Positions 62,506-64,000 of a stretch of DNA of 64,000 nt are shown piece by piece. This DNA comes from Eledone cirrhosa (Eukaryota): the NCBI GenBank assembly GCA_964016885.1, contig OZ024743.1, forward strand, positions 223,138,001 to 223,202,000, read 5' to 3'. The position numbers and the translations under genes are program-made. Under the pieces are notes generated by a model. That model had not been told where the DNA came from. It saw only the letters and a program-made list of their open reading frames with translations, and did no database searches. Within the stretch, counting starts at the first letter, position 1; every line of letters starts with the position of its first letter.

Positions 62506-62561
62506 ATAATTATTAATGCCAACAAAGATCTATTCCAATATCCCAGAGAGTAATAACTTAC

Positions 62562-62668
62562 CTGCCACTGTTAACATCCCACAAGGTGACTGTACGGTCA
62601 AATGATCCAGTGATAAGTTGTGTACCTGTACAGTTGAATGCAATAGAAATAATCTCTTCGCTGTGGCC
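62562..62668 (-). CDS. DAW1: DAW1 exon: [35 protein letters not shown](R)
   Basis: 107 nt, AG/GT borders, phase 0 to 2. Confidence 0.95.
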
Positions 62669-62732
62669 CTGAAACAGTTAAAATTGATTTTGGTTTTTTT
62701 TTTTTTTTCACTAAATGAAATCAATCCCCAAA

Positions 62733-63030
62733 TCATCATCATCACTACTACCACCACCACTATTACTACTACTACTACCACCACTACTACTAACACCACC
62801 ATTACTACTAACACCACCACTAGTACTACCACCAACACTACTACTACCACTGCCACTACTACTACCACCACCACCATTACTACTAACACCACTACTACTA
62901 ACACTACCACCACCACCACCACTACTACTACCACCACCACCACCACCACTACTTCTACAAACACCACCACTACTACTAACACCTAACACTACCATCACTA
63001 CTAACACCACACTACTACTACCCCTACCAT
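62733..63030. repeat. (ACC/ACT)n trinucleotide repeat, intronic
   Basis: Seen directly. Confidence 0.9.
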
Positions 63031-63122
63031 CACATCTTTGCCATCATCCCCTTTCACCATCCTCTTCACCACCACTATCTTTACTGGTGCCACCACCAAT
63101 ACTAAAATACCAATCAACTTAC

Positions 63123-63230
63123 TGATAGAGTAAACAGCTCTTTCCCGGTCTGCACGTCCCACAGCTTTGCATCAGTATCCATACTACCAGTTGCAACAAT
63201 GGTACTTTGGGGGTTAAAACTCAGACAAAC
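63123..63230 (-). CDS. DAW1: DAW1 exon: [36 protein letters not shown] (gene continues beyond the window)
   Basis: 108 nt, AG/GT borders, phase 0 to 0; matches the DAW1/WDR69 motif [17 protein letters not shown]. Confidence 0.95.
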
Positions 63231-63324
63231 CTGGGAAAAGGTAATAAAAATAACAAGGAAGAGAAAAAAACAACTAGTGACTGATTTACTATTAGTCTAT
63301 TTTTTAGAGCAAATTTTACCACCA

Positions 63325-63406
63325 GGTACTGTAGCCAAGTGGTCTAAGACGCTGGTTTTAGGCACCATTCTCTTTGGAGGCATGGGTTTGAATCCCATTG
63401 CTACCA
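63325..63406 (+). pseudogene. decayed tRNA-Leu(UAG) copy, possibly a SINE head
   Basis: 82 nt colinear with metazoan tRNA-Leu(TAG), with long variable arm and TAG anticodon; many changes are CpG-type, including T-loop TTCG>TTTG. Confidence 0.8.
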
Positions 63407-64000
63407 AGCAATATTTTTTCTTCAAAACTTCTATGGTTCCCAAAATTCACAAACACTAGACATGATATTCACCCTCCATACACACACACATACACACATG
63501 TATCTGTGTGTAATCATGACTCATACACTGTTTACTTTCCTGACATTTGTCATTATTCTATGTACTATACATGCACTTTTGCACTGTACACAACAATTTT
63601 CATTATCGTTATTTTATAACATGTAAATGAAGATCTTTCTTAAAACAAAGTGTATACACCTGGATTTATGGAAATGTGTTGAACCTTTGTATGATAAATT
63701 CCAATGACAAGTATTCCAGTTGATTTAATCAACAGAACAGCCAGCTCGTGAAATTAACGTGTGAGTGGCTGAGCATTCCATAGACATGTTTACCCTTAAC
63801 GTAATTCTCAGGAAGATTCAGTGTGACACAATGTATGACAAAGCTATACTATGAACATCTACAGTTTCTGTCAAGTCTTGTGTTGACCCAAAGTTGGTTA
63901 CAAAGCAAGCTTATTCACCCTTTCAGGATCATATTTATTTCTTATGAAATCCACTGTTTGGTTAAATTGATAAAGGATTTTGTGAGATTTACTGAAATTC

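Noticed and set aside
63325-63406. Functional tRNA-Leu gene
   Set aside because: Mismatches in the acceptor and anticodon stems and a mutated T-loop/B-box.

Overview
Repeat-rich, AT-rich animal genomic DNA; the SINE, RTE and microsatellite make-up suggests an octopus-like cephalopod (inference). The only host gene I can support is the 3' six exons of DAW1/WDR69 (ODA16), on the minus strand at 56301-63230. The rest is a 41-bp satellite, very long (TA)n tracts next to a 200-N gap, DD34D mariner and DD37D maT relics, piggyBac/hAT/Tc1-type MITEs, two RTE LINEs with a PHD-like finger inside the RT region, R4/Dong, CR1-type and Tx1-like remnants, tRNA-derived SINE clusters and a decayed tRNA-Leu. 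The main signal the ORF track misses is RNA structure: 12 intact or near-intact type I hammerhead ribozyme motifs in four sequence families. All have a palindromic stem III, and three families have a U.U opposition at the base of stem II. They occur as a five-copy array of 524/528-bp units (retrozyme or Penelope pLTR-like, predicting ~526-nt monomer or circular RNAs), as outward-facing inverted terminal repeats, as an inverted cluster, and as solo copies, two of them in DAW1 introns. Folding was done by eye and catalytic activity is untested.
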